From positions 12,896,001 to 12,960,000 of the forward strand of contig NC_086097.1 of NCBI RefSeq assembly GCF_963921235.1: a stretch of DNA of 64,000 bases, given 5' to 3'. Numbering within the stretch: position 1 is the first letter of the stretch; each line of letters opens with the position of its first letter. The position numbers and the translations under genes were made by a program. Of the stretch, positions 46,895-59,129 are shown piece by piece. The stretch comes from Mobula hypostoma (taxonomy: Eukaryota). The notes under the pieces were generated by a model, which searched no databases, was not told the origin of the DNA, and was given only the letters and a program-made list of their open reading frames with translations.

Positions 46895-47004
46895 GCCTAT
46901 TGGGTGATAGTTCATACTTGAAATGGCCAGTTATGTTGTTTGGTGGTAATTTGCATTATCACACAATTAGATTGAAATGAAATGAAATTCTGTGGTGAAC
47001 CCAA

Positions 47005-47810
47005 ATGCAAAACTGGGCTGAGAACTGGCAGATGGAGTTCAACCCAGATAAGTGAGAAGTGGTTCATTTCAGTCGGTCAAATTTCAAGACAGAATATCAT
47101 ATTCGTGGTAAGACTCTTGGCAGTGTGGAGGATCAGCGGGAAGTTGGGGTCCATGCCCAGAGGACACTCAAAGCTGCTGTGCAGGTTAACTGTGTTGTTA
47201 AGAAGGCCTACAGTGTGTTGGCCTTCATCAACCATGGGATTGAGTTCAAAAGATGTGAAATAATGTTACCATTAGTTAGACCTTAGTTAGACCCAACTTG
47301 GAGTACTGTATTCAGTTCTGGTCACCTCATTACAAGAAGGATGTGGATACTTACTGTAGAGAGAGTGCAGAGGAGACTTACAGGGATTGGAGAGCATGTC
47401 TTATGAGAACAGGTTGAATGAACTTGGTCTTGGAGCAACAGAGGATGAGCGGTGACCTGATAGAGGTGTATAAGATAATGAGGGGCATTGAAAGTATGGA
47501 TAGCCAGAGGCTTTTTCCCAGCGCTGAAATGGCTAACACAAGAGGGCATAGTTTTAAGGTGCTTGAAAGTAGGGGGATGTCAGAGGTAAGTTTTTCACAC
47601 ATGGAATGCACTGCCGGCGGCGGTGGTGGAGGCGGATAAAATACGGTCTTTTAAGAGACTCTTAGATAGGTACATGGAGCTTAGAAAAATAGAGGACTAT
47701 GTGATAGGGTAATTCTAGGTAGCTCCTAGAGTAGGTTACATGGTCGGCATAACATTGTGGGCCAAAGGGCCTGTAACGTGCTGTAGATTTACTATGTTTC
47801 TATGTTTCTA
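47005..47810 (+). mobile_element. 5'-truncated CR1 LINE
   Basis: 'NWAENWQMEFNPDK', 'RMSGDLIEVYKIMRG', 'TRGHSFKV'; (TTTCTATG)n tail. Confidence 0.93.
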
Positions 47811-48161
47811 AGATCACACATACAGAATTATTTCATTTTATCATTGGCCAGGAAGTTAATGGGATGGTCAACCATGGACAGCATCTTTATGGCATTCATC
47901 GTTCAACTGCCTTTCACTTGAAGTTAAGACAGAATTTGCACATAATACTGTGAGTTCTATGTCCCGATCCAAATTTTGTCGACAAATTCTGTCATAGTAG
48001 CAAACTTGCACAATGTTTTCTGCAGTTCACTTTTATACTCGTTAACAGGTAAGAGATTGGCACTGAGGTATATAAAATCAGTTCTTTAGTTACAGAGGAA
48101 GAGGGAAGTTAAAGGATTGAGGGAGACGTAAACAAGGATTCTAGTTGAAGGGTTTCGACCT

Positions 48162-48654
48162 ACCTACAGGAAAGATGTAAATAAGGTTGAAAGAGCCTGG
48201 AGAAAATTTACAAGGATGTTGCTGGATCTGAAGGACCTGAGTTATATGGAAAGATTGAATTGGTTAGGGCTTTATTTGTTGAAGCATAGATTGAGAGAAG
48301 ATTTGATGAAGGTATGCAAAGGTTTGAGGGGTTTAGATAGGGTAAATGCAAGCAGACTTTTTCAACTGAGGTTGGGTGGGGCTACAACTAGAGGCTGTGG
48401 GTTAAGGGCAAAAGGTGAAAAGTTTAAGGGGAACAAGAAGGGAAACTACTTCATTTGGAGGGTCATGGGAGTATGAAATGAGCTGCCTGTGCAAGTGGTG
48501 CGTGCAAACTCGATTTCAATGTTTAAGAGAAGTTTGGATAGGTACATGGATGGTAGGGCTATGGAGGGCCATGGGAAGTCATTGGGAGGCCAATGGGAAT
48601 AGGCAGTTTAAAAGGTTTGCTATGGACTGGATGTGCTGTACTTTTCTATGACTC
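48162..48654 (+). mobile_element. CR1 3' fragment inserted within a Penelope-derived unit (host continues 48655-48775)
   Basis: 'LSYMERLNWLGLYLL..RLREDLMKV'; flanks ttcgacct / tttgacct. Confidence 0.85.
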
Positions 48655-48939
48655 TTTGACCTGAAGTACTGACTATCCATTTCCCCCTTACAGATGCTGC
48701 CTGACCCATTGATTCTCCCAAGCATTTTGCTTGTTACTCCAGGTTCCAGCAACTGCAGTCTCTTACGTCTCTAAGAATTCGAGACCTCAAGAGTAGCCTC
48801 TTGAGATGAACACGCCACAGACCACAACTGTAGGACCTCACTGAAATAAGAGAATTATAGGGCTGAAAAAAACTATGAGGAGATAAAGGTACAGAGGCAG
48901 AATTGTAATATCATGGCATTGAAGAACCTTCACACATCA

Positions 48940-49205
48940 TTTTATTTACTTATTTATTGAGATACAGTGTAGAATCCCTTCCAGCCTTTGAACTGGGCCG
49001 CCCAGCAACCCCCTGATTTAATCCTAGCCTAATCACAGGTCAATATAAAATGACCAGTTAACCTCCCATAATCTTTGGACTGTGAGAAGAAACTGGAACA
49101 CCCAGAAGAAACCCATGCAGTCATAGGGAGAACATATAAGCTCCTTACAGACAGCAGTGGGAATTAAACCCAGGTCGCCTGTACTGTAAAGCATTGTGCA
49201 TTATC
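48940..49205 (-). mobile_element. V-SINE
   Basis: Head, V-domain and tail in reverse complement. Confidence 0.87.
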
Positions 49206-49627
49206 TGATTTACCATGGGTTATGCCAGAGCAGAATCTGCTAAAATGCTGAACTGAAGGATAGTTGCAAGGTTGTAATCTCATTTCAGAGATTTGGGTGG
49301 CAATTAAGAAAGCAGCGGGCTTTGCCTCTCTCAAACATTTTACCAATGCTTCGAGGAAACACATATTCTCAAGGAACTACTATTTTCTCCCTGAAACTGA
49401 GCACAGTATTATTAGCAGATGAACATACTTATGTTAAACAGCTTATCACGTTCATTCAGAGAGTGGTCAAAGGAACTTCTTATAAGAGTACAAACACATT
49501 TGAATATTAATATCAAACAACAATTTCAATGCATACAGTTTCTCATTTTTTATAAACTTTTTGGGAGGAATAAATAATTTGGGTGCAGATCATATACTTG
49601 GAAAAGAATGCACTTGTATTTTTATAA

Positions 49628-49790
49628 ATACAAGAGATTCTGCAAAGGCTGCAAAATTCGGAATAACTCATATACAATGCTGGAGGAGGTCAGCAAGTTA
49701 GGCAGCATCTATGGAGAGGAATAGAGTTGACGTTTCTGGCTGAGTCCCTTCATCAGAATCTGCTGAGCTCCTCCAACATGCTGTCTGTGT
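49628..49790 (-). mobile_element. Penelope-derived terminal unit with hammerhead motif, plus a short inverted partner
   Basis: Minus strand gatt-CTGATGA-agggactcagcca-GAAACGTC-aact at ~49725-49760. Confidence 0.72.
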
Positions 49791-50837
49791 AGATCTGTCC
49801 TCAATTGTCCCTTCAGCACCTTGATTTTGGATTTTAATTTGCAGAAGCAAGAAGCTTAATGCTTAAGTCATTTCTGTTTTCCATGTCTTTCTGGAAGGAA
49901 AGGGAAATTTCTGTGAGTTTACGCTCGCCACTGCCTGTAAGGAGTTTGTACATTCACCCTGTGACTACTTTGGTTTTATCCAGGCATCCTGGATAAACAC
50001 CATTCTCCCCACTGGTAATTACATGGAGCCTGGAATATAGAAGATTCAAGATTGCTTTAGGTTATGTCCAGTATACAAGTGTAAAGGAGACTGAAGCAGT
50101 TGTTACTCCAGATCTGATGCAGCATAAAAAACACAATAGGAAAAAGAACACAATAACAACAAAAAACACGATAAATATAAATACATAAGACCGCTAATAC
50201 ACATATATTGATTATATGACCATCAAGTAACATAAGGCACAGGAATGTCTGTGCATAAGGTGACTGACAAGAAATTATAAAGTAGTGATGTTTGGGCCGT
50301 GGAGGGCTGGGTTAGTGGGTGGAGGTGTTGATCAGTCTTACTGCTAGAGTACAGCAGAGGAACAGGCCGGCTCTTAATCCTATGTCTGTGCCAAACATGA
50401 TTCTGAGTTAAATGAAATCTCTTCTGTCCATGCAGTTCCTGAATATTCATATGTCTAACTAAAAGCCTCTTGAATGCCGATATCGTATCTGCTTCCAGCA
50501 GTTAGCCATTAACACTGTGGGTCGTGACTTTCCAAGTACGGATTATGTACTTTTAAATATAGAAGGCCTTTGTCTCTACCATTCTTTTGGAAGTGAGTTC
50601 CAGAATGTGACCAGCTAATGATATGATTAATAAGGTTTTGATAGGAAGAACACTGAAGTGGTGTCTTCCTTGAATCTAGAATGCAGAAATAGAATGCTTT
50701 ACTTCAGGGAAATAAGTTAGCCTGCAGTCATATGACATTTCTTTATTCAATGATACTGGTTCTTTATTATTGCAACTTATTCAGGTAAATAACAGGGTTA
50801 GAACAACCAATAGGCAGCCTTTGTTGGAAACTGCCAT

Positions 50838-51195
50838 CAAGACACAGAAGATGTCCTGGTCATCCACTGCGCCTAGTCCCATTTCCAGCCGTCTCAACTC
50901 TTGTCTTGCCACTGGATCCAGATGGGAACTGGGAAGAGAGAGTGAGGCTGACGCTACGCAGCTCTCCCTCGCTTAAATCCAAATCAAGCACTAGTCTCAA
51001 CACCATCATAGCCGGCTGGTGGCGCAGTGAGATCAGCGCCGGACTCCGGAGCGAAGGTTCCCGAGCTTGAACCCAGTAGGGCCGCTCCCGGGCACACTTT
51101 CCATCCGTGCCGGGCTGCGTGTCAACCTAGCAACTCGACTTCGTAAAAAGTACTAATGATGTTGAGGTCTTCATCGATGACAGTGGACGAACCTA
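50838..51195 (+). mobile_element. RTE-related short element fragment hosting a SINE
   Basis: 'cagaagatgtcctggtcatccactgc' parallels 55561-55586. Confidence 0.5.
51010..51150 (+). mobile_element. Short tRNA-derived SINE, CpG-rich
   Basis: A-box-like TGGCGCAGTGAG, decayed B-box 'gagcttgaacc', end 'tagcaactcgacttcgtaaaaa'. Confidence 0.65.
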
Positions 51196-51419
51196 GGTGA
51201 CCAAAGCTGCATATAATGCTCCAAATCTGGTCCCACAATGATTTATACAACTTCAACTGGACTTTCCAGTTCCTGTACTCAGTAAACAGAATTATGAAGG
51301 CTAATGTGTTTAAAAGCTTTCTTTACGACCCTATATACCTATGGAGCAGTACTCCCAGATACCTTAGTTCTACCGCACTCCTGAATGCCCTACCATTCAC
51401 TGTGTAAGTCCTACCCTGG

Positions 51420-52090
51420 TATATTGGTGTGCAGCAGGGAGTGGTCAGCCTTCCACAGGCATCTCTTTAGTCTTGTACAGATTGAGAGTCAAGTTGTTGT
51501 ATTTGTACCAGTCCATGAGCTGCTCTACCTCCTCCCTGTACGCTGTTTCATCATTGTTGGCAATGAGGCCACTGCTGCTCTGTCATTGGCAAACTGAATG
51601 ATGTGGTTAGAACTGGATTAGGCAGTACAGTCGTGCGTTAGCAATGTGAACAGCAATAGTCTAAGCGTGCAGAGCTAGAGGGTGCCTGAGCTCAGCATGA
51701 TGGAGCCAGAGCTGATGCTGCCAACATGGACTATCTGTGGTCTATTTGTCAGGAAGTGCAAGATCTGGCTACAGAGGGAGGTGTTCAGATTCAACATGGG
51801 CAGTATACCAACCATTTTCAGGGGAATGATTTTAGGCCCTTCCAGCCCTTTGAGCCAACCCCTGATTTAACCCTGGCCTAATCATGGAACAATTTACAAT
51901 GAACAATTAACCTACTTACTAGTACGTCTTTAGATTGTGGTTAGAAATCCACACAGTCATGAGAGAATGTATAAACTCCTTGCAGACAGCAGCGAGAACT
52001 GAACCTGGGTCGCTGGTACTGAAGAAAAGTGCTATGCTAACCACTAAGCTATTGAAAGTAGAGCTGAAGTCGATGAGCAACAGTCTGAAG
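51420..52090 (-). mobile_element. Rex1/Babar RT fragment split by a V-SINE (~51833-52050); preceded by a CR1 fragment at ~51195-51420
   Basis: Minus frame 'LLFTLLTHDCTA.SSSNHIIQFANDRAAVASL'. Confidence 0.8.
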
Positions 52091-52282
52091 ATCTGTCATA
52101 ATCAGTTTGAAATGTGAAGCAAATTTAAAGGGCTGTGTGGTCTAAACCAATTCATTTCTTGTGTTCTTCTTTTTTCACCTGTCATATCTGCTTTTTTCTT
52201 TCCTCTCCTTGTTCACTTGCTATTCTTCCCTCAGCTGTCAGCTATTTTCTTCTCCTTCATTTCTGCCTGGTTTCCTTGCTTT

Positions 52283-52479
52283 TCTTCCCACCTCACCTCT
52301 GAACTCAGCTCATCGGTCTATGATTGGCCCATCAAGAGTGAGGACATCTTCCCACCTCGCCTCTGAACTCAGCTCATCGGTCTATGATTGGCCCATCAAG
52401 AGTGAGGACATCTTCCCACCTCGCCTCTGAACTCAGCTCATCGGTCTATGATTGGCCCATCAAGAGTGAGGACATCTTC
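52283..52479 (+). repeat. Tandem repeat, 3 x 64 bp, one mismatch
   Basis: Units start at 52283, 52347 and 52411. Confidence 0.97.
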
Positions 52480-52984
52480 TCAAGAAGGTGGCATCCTCAT
52501 GAAGAATCCTCAGCATCCAGGACATGCCCTCTTCTCATTACTACCATCAGGGAGGAAGTACAAGAGCCTGAAGACCCATACTCAATGCTTTAAGAACAGC
52601 TTCTTGCTCTCGGCCATCAGATTTCTGAATGGTCCATGAACATTAGCTCATCATTCTTCTTTTGCTCTATTTATTTATTTTAATATATTGTAACTTAGAG
52701 TAATTTTTATTTCTTGCATTGTATAGCTGCCACAAATTGGGCACAACCCTCCTCATCCTCAAAAGGCAGACAGCTTCAATAGACAATGCCTCAAGAAGGC
52801 GGCATCTGTCATATAGACCCTCATGATCCAGGGACATGCCCTCTTCTCATTATTACCATTGGAGATGAAATACAGGACCCATAAGTCCTACACTTAACAT
52901 TTTACGAACAGCCTCTTCCCCTCTGCCACTATATTTCAGAATAGTCTGGGAACCCATGAACAAAATCTGACAACGAATTCATTG

Positions 52985-53338
52985 TGTTGTTATTGCTGTT
53001 TGGCCCTTAACTCGCAGTTGAGCAGAAGCCATTGATGCCCTCCCATATCCTTTGTCCTCTGTTCTGAGCCAGTTTCTTGAGGGTGTGCCATTAGTGCCCC
53101 ATCGTCTAATTTTGGTCTCGATGTCTCTCCCCCAAGTGTTTTTTAGACATCCCTTTTTCCTATTTCTTTGGGGACTCCACTTTAATGCCTGCCTATTGAT
53201 GTTGTTGGTTATCTTCCTCGTGGTTGGTCAATCCACCTCCATTTCTGTTTGTGCATTTTTTTTACCTCGATGGTTTCCTGATTGATTACTTTGTCCGTCC
53301 ATCTGATGTTTAGGACCCTTCACAGGCACTGGTTGTAA
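52985..53338 (-). mobile_element. RTE-clade LINE 3' end
   Basis: Minus frames 'RVLNIRWTDK', 'KWRWID', 'NNINRQALKWSPQRNRKKGCLKNTW', 'KLAQNR'; (AAC)n-like tail. Confidence 0.8.
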
Positions 53339-53706
53339 CTATAAGTAATGTTTTTTTACTTTACTGTACCACTAACACAAAACAAAAAGTTTCACAACAC
53401 AAGATGTTGTGAAATATCTAAAAGGTACAGTAAAAAGGCCAGTAACATCACAAAGGATTCCTCCCATCCTGCTCAAAGACTGTTTGTCCTACTCCCAACA
53501 GTGTCTATGCGAGGACCACCAGACTTAAAAGCAGTTACCGCCCGAGCAGTAAGACTGATCAACCGCTTTGCCCACTAACCCTCCGCTCCACATGTCCACT
53601 ATCACTACTCTATAGCTTCCTGTCAGAGTTGGCTTTCGTCCTGCACTCCTGTGTCTAGCGTGCCCTATCTGGGCTGGATGATTTCCGTGGGTTCACCCTC
53701 CTGAAG

Positions 53707-54099
53707 CTCCAAGAGGACCACAACCTTGCCATGGGGTTTGGAGGCTTGCAGGTCTCAACAGCTGGGTGAGCTATGTTGGCTGGAGTCAGGGCTTGATGCT
53801 TTGGCTCCTGGTTGCGTCACCCATGCTAAACAGGTCAAAGGGTAAAGGCCAGACTAAGAACGGTCCACCGGTCCTCCAGGTTTGGGGGTTCAACTCGGGG
53901 CTAACAACGATGTCTGGTAAAACAAAATTGTAATGGAGGCAGCAATGAGGAATCCTGAGTCCCCACCCCGGACTTGCATGAGTGATAGTAGTGAAAACCG
54001 AGAGGAAGCTACTGACACAATGGAGATCTGAACACCGCAAGAGATGAAGAACCTTCATTGCTGCCCTAGACGCCAGCGGCGTAACAGGCAGTAAGTAAT
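53707..54099 (+). mobile_element. Non-autonomous RTE element (5' UTR fused to 3' end)
   Basis: 'ggaccacaaccttgcc...gtcacccatgc..aggtcaaaggg..ggtccaccgg' then 'gctgccctagacgccagcggcgtaacaggcagtaagtaa'; TSD accctcctgaag / accttcctgaag. Confidence 0.8.
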
Positions 54100-54884
54100 A
54101 CCTTCCTGAAGGATGCTCTCACGTCGGCCTCAGAGGCTAAAATTACAGTAGGTACTTGGATAATAAATTTACTTTGAAGTTTGAGTAACAATTATTTCAT
54201 TCTATTACTCTTGTGTACTGGAAGTGATATGAAGAAATCCTGAATCTTGATAATCGGGGCTTTTCCATTGCTATGGATGGGAGTGTTCGTAGAGCATTCC
54301 CCTTACATTAGCTCTCCCCATATATACATCAGAGCACTCCTCTTAACATGGTGGATAAAGGAATTTTATAATACTGTGCTGTGGCCTGTTCTTAACCACC
54401 ATACAGATGTTTTGTATGAAACAGATACTGGTTTGAGGTAAATGTGGTTGTCAGGGAACTCAAATCAAATTGTTAATTTAATGTGCCCAGAATGGCTGCC
54501 ACACACCATTATTATCGATATAATAAATAATAGAGTTCTACTTTGGATAAAAGTCAAACAAACTTTGTGATGCTTTCATTAACCACAGAGCTAAAGTTGG
54601 GAAGATCAATTCACATCTGATCTTAAGTGGACAGAAACCTTGTATTAAATACCAAAGCAATGATATGTTTGAGTTTCAGTCACTCTTTGGTTTGGGAAGA
54701 AAATTGGCACCAAAGGTTAGTAAAAACAGACCACATCAAATAACTTGCCCATTGAACCGTCCAGTGAAAAATTCCTCAGATGATTTTGTTAAAATAAGAG
54801 CAGCATAATGCAATTCACTCCTTTTATCTGATTTGGCTTTTAATTTAATCAAAGTTGATTTAAGTCACAACTTAAGTTACAAGC

Positions 54885-55790
54885 CATAGAATATTACAGT
54901 ACAGGCTCTTCCACCCACAATATTGTGCTAACCTTTTAACATACCCCAAGATCAATGGAACTTTCCGTCCCGCACTATCTTCCATTTACTTTTCATCCAT
55001 GTGCTTAAGAGGCTCTTAGATGTGTCTCCTGTATCTGTCTCTCATACTTTCCCTGGCACTTTGTTCCATGCACCAACCACTCTGTGTAAAATTCTACCCT
55101 ATATTTTCCTCCAATCACCGAAAGATTATTCCTTTTTGTATTACCTGTGCAATACTGGGAAATGTCTCCGGCTGTCCACACTATCTCTGCCTCTTACTAC
55201 CTTATATACTTTTAACAGAGCGTGTATTTGGTGCCCAGAGAGGTGTAGCACCTCCTGGTGAACGGGCTTGGCATATCAATTCTGGGGCAGCTCACTCACT
55301 TTTGGTCCCCACCGAACACACAGCTCTCACCCGTGGCTCCAAGCAGCTGTTTGCATGTGACAGCAGCCGCAGCCTAATACACCACCTGAACGGGTGGGCT
55401 AAACCAGGTGAGGGTAGCCGGCAGGTGAGTTAAGAACATGCATGTCCTGGCATGTGCAGTCAGTACCATCAGGCAGGGTAGATGAGATCTACAATGAGGT
55501 TCAACAGCCGGGGAGGCAACACTGCAACGCTCTGTAAAGAGTGAAGGGCATGACCAGGAGCAGAAGACGTCATGGTCATCCACAGCAACCAAGGAGAGAT
55601 CCCAGTTTATGACGTTCGTTCATATCACAGGACCCAGACTTCTGAGGTCAAGTGAGTGGCACTGCCCATTGTAATGGTTTTTCCACTTAAAAACTGTCCC
55701 GCACAGATTTCCTGTCATTATTCGACGTGACGGATAACCAGCACCATCACCATACCTTTAACAAATCTTGTCTCATCCTCCTTGCATTTT
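54885..55790 (-). mobile_element. Old CR1 3' fragment interrupted at 55218-55751
   Basis: 'ttccatgcaccaaccactctgtgtaaaa' and 'cctcttactaccttatatac' are CR1 C-terminal text in reverse complement. Confidence 0.7.
55218..55751 (+). mobile_element. 534-bp non-coding retroposon, probably RTE-related
   Basis: 12-bp TSD atacttttaaca / atacctttaaca; (CAC/CAT)n tail. Confidence 0.7.
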
Positions 55791-57230
55791 GAGCTTTAAG
55801 GGGTGAAATTTGCAATTTTACTTTATTTTAGTGCAAATAATTGTTTCCTGATTCATTCTTACATGGCACAATAATAATTTTCGAATGATAGAAGAACATA
55901 AATCATAGAAGAGTACATCACTGGAACAGCTCATTCAGCTTGCAATGCCCTGTAAACCAGGCAGCATCCGGGTAAACCTCTTCTGCACATTAAAGTCTTA
56001 ACAACCTTCCTATAGTGGGGACACCAGAACTGTTCCTGTTCTGACATCTTCTGTAAGTGGCTCCAGTTTCTTTGTATTTATGGATCATACTTGAACCAAA
56101 CACTTTTCACAAATCTTTTGATAAACCCATTTTTTTTCTCTAAGTCCTCAATCACTTTATTCTTCCTGTGAAATCTTAGCACCTTTAATAGAACTGATGT
56201 TAAAATGAGCGCCCTGTGATTGTTATATTTATCCCTTTGTTGTTGAGGTTTTTGGGTTGTATTGATCATTTTGCAGGCATTTTTCCAAAGCCTGAAGAGA
56301 ATTCTACAGCATGAAATGGTGCTCAGCCCATTTGGGGATATTAGTGATGCTCTACACCACAGACATCACAAAAATGACACTTAACAGCAAGTGACATCAG
56401 GAAAGAACAATACCATGCCATTGGGACTGAAAAGTGTCAGGTACATTTCTCTGAACGTTATGAGTCACTATTTCCTCTTTCATTTATTTGTTTATTGATC
56501 CAGAGCCTGTGGTTGAAAATTTTTGACTGTGTACCCAGCGCTCACTGGTATAATGGGAAAATCCTAAAGCAACCAGTGGCGTAGAAACAAAGACAATTAC
56601 ACACAGGATTTAGAAGTTGCTCCTCCTCTTATTCTAGTATAATATTCAGATTATTTTCATAATATTAAAGACAGAACATAGAACAATACAGCACACAGTC
56701 ACAGAGAGAATGTACAAACTCCTTACAGAGAGAACCGGGGTTGCTGGTACTGTAAAGCGTTGTGCTAACCACTAAGCTAACGTGTTTCCAGAATATGAAA
56801 TAAAGGTTGGAACATAACATTAAGGAGGAAGGTGTTATTATTTGAAAGTGCATGAAATTTTGAATTAATAACATGGAGAAATATAAAATTACTCATAACA
56901 ATAACACCATAATAATTCATTTTAAAGAAATATCTGCATATCATGCAATGAAGAGAAAAGTGTTCAGGTTATTTACCATTAAAATATAAGCATTTAAAAT
57001 TGTCATTAATTTCTGAAGATTATGCTAGAATAAAAGATTATGCCAGAGGGCATGCATTGAAGGTGAGAGGGGGTACATTCAAAGGGGACGTGAGGATGTG
57101 AGGGGTAAGTTATTCACTCAGTGTCGTGGATGCTTGAATGTACGGTAGAGGCAAGTACATTAGAAGTTTTTAAAAGATGTTTGGGTAGGCACATAGATGT
57201 ATGGAAGAAGGAGGGATAAGAACATGGTGT

Positions 57231-57563
57231 AAACTTTTCATCCCTCTTCCCTCCGAGAGAAGGCTCAGGAGCTTGAAGATTCGTACGGCCAAATTTGGGA
57301 ACAGCTTCTTTCCAACTGTGATAAGACTGCTGAACGGATCCTGACCCGGATCTGGGCTGTACCCTCCAAATATCCGGACCTGCCTCTCGGTTTTTTTGCA
57401 CTACCTTACTTTCCCTTTTCTATTTATGATTTATAATTTAAATTTTTAATATTTACTATTGATTTGTACTCCAGGGAGCACGAAGCTCAGAATCAAATAT
57501 CGCTGTGATGGTTGTACGTTCTAGTATCAATTTGTTTGGCGACAATAAAGTATAAAGTATAAA
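57231..57563 (+). mobile_element. Rex1/Babar 3' fragment (same subfamily as 24017-24525) nested in a CR1 3' end (~57040-57620)
   Basis: Near-identical to 24160-24525; (AAAGTAT)n tail. Confidence 0.9.
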
Positions 57564-57624
57564 TCGGAGGGATTAGTGTGTGGGTGTTTTTGATTTGTTT
57601 TTTAGCTGGCTCGGCACAAATTGC

Positions 57625-57852
57625 CATCACTGACTGTAAGGAGTTTGTACGTTCTCTCTGTGACCACCGGGGTTTCTTCCAGATGCTCCAGTTTCCTCCT
57701 ACAGTCCAAAGACATACCGGTTGGTAATTTAGTTGGTTGTTGTAAGTTATCCCTTGATTAGGCTAGGGTTAAATTGGGGGATTGTTGGACGGCATGGCTG
57801 GAAGGGCTGGAAGGGCCTACTATGCACTGTATCTCAATAAACAAATAAATAA
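57625..57852 (+). mobile_element. V-SINE, head truncated
   Basis: V-domain, CR1-like tail and (AAAT)n. Confidence 0.85.
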
Positions 57853-58104
57853 TGTTTAAAAATGCTGGTGAACCTATTTATTTCCTGTCTTGATGCCTCG
57901 AGAGATTCTGTGGTATAATGCAGGATGCTCAGTCCATTTGGGGATACCAGTGATGCTCAACATCAGACACCACAAAACTGACATTTGACGGCAAGTGACA
58001 TCAGGAACGAACGATATCACAGTACTAGGACTGAAAAGTACTATTGCTTCACTGCCAATTCAAAGCAGGAACCACAACTAGGAAGAAGAACCAAGATCAC
58101 TGAG

Positions 58105-58307
58105 GTGCACACACAAAAGGCAAGAGGACCTCAGTAGGTCAGGAATAAATAGTCAACGTTTTAAGCCGAGATCCTCCATCAGAACTCAGCCCAAAACGCT
58201 GACTGTTTATTTCTTCTCCATTGATGCTTCCTGACTTCTGAGTTCCTCCAGCATTTTGCATGCGTTACTCTGGATTTCCAGCTTCTGCAGAGTCTCCTGT
58301 GTTTAAG
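58105..58307. mobile_element. Inverted pair of Penelope-derived terminal units
   Basis: 'aaatagtcaacgtttt' faces 'aaaacgctgactgttt'; both arms meet at decayed hammerhead motifs. Confidence 0.7.
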
Positions 58308-58725
58308 ACCATAGTGATTTTTGTCATAAATTCCACAAGTTTTCTCCATTACTAGTTGTTTTTTTACTGTTACATTAGAATTAGTTTCCAGCTTTTCCTT
58401 ATAATTTCCTTCTGCTGCAGATTCAGAATCATAATTAGAATCAGATTTATTATCACTGATTTATACAATGTGAAATTTGTTATTTTATGGCAGCAGTACA
58501 GTGCAAACTCATAAAGTTACTATAAATTACCAACAAAATAACGTGTGAAAATAAAGGAATCACAAAGTAGTATTCATGGGTTCACTTCCATTCAGAAAGC
58601 TGATGGCTAATGAAAAGAAGCTGGTCTTGAATTGCTGATGTTGGATCTTCAGATACTGTACCTCACCCCTGACAGTAATATCTAAAAGAGGGCATGTCCC
58701 AGATAAAGAGGGTGCTTAACTTATA

Positions 58726-59039
58726 CAAGGGGGTGATTGATAGCCTGAGGTAGAAAGAGTTGATTCTAGAAAACCGAGCACACTTATTTTTCAACATAGT
58801 CCCTTCCTACATTTACACACTTAGTCCAGTGGTCATGGAGCATACGGATCTTGGAACTCCAGAAAGTGTCCACAGCAGGGGTGATTGACAAGTTTGTGGC
58901 CTAAGGTAGAAGGAGATGAGTTATACAGCTCTCATTACATGCACATGCAGTTCAACACTTTGAGTGACTATGCAGAAAGTTTGAAGTTAATGACTTATCT
59001 CCTTCTACCTTAGGCCACAAACTAATCAATTACCCCTCA
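58726..59039. mobile_element. Mariner-like non-autonomous element with three TIR copies
   Basis: TA-flanked caagggggtgattgat ... atcaattacccctca; internal direct TIR copy at ~58877-58922 pairs with ~58993-59037. Confidence 0.82.
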
Positions 59040-59129
59040 TAGCTGTTCACCCTCCCTATCCCTGATCCCTCAATAAGAAATGGTGTGCCTTTTTATAATC
59101 GTATTTTTCCCTTTTCTCCACTATCTAAG

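Larger units (their letters stand above)
56290..58039 (+). repeat. Diverged ~145-bp direct duplication (56290-56435 and 57895-58039)
   Basis: Shared blocks 'gctcag.ccatttggggata..agtgatgctc', 'gcaagtgacatcaggaa', 'ggactgaaaagt'. Confidence 0.88.

Noticed and set aside
51010..51090. tRNA gene
   Set aside because: A/B-box-like motifs are present but no full cloverleaf; it continues into a SINE body and A-rich end.
52283..52479. CRISPR-like array
   Set aside because: Units are contiguous with no unique spacers, no cas genes, and the context is eukaryotic.
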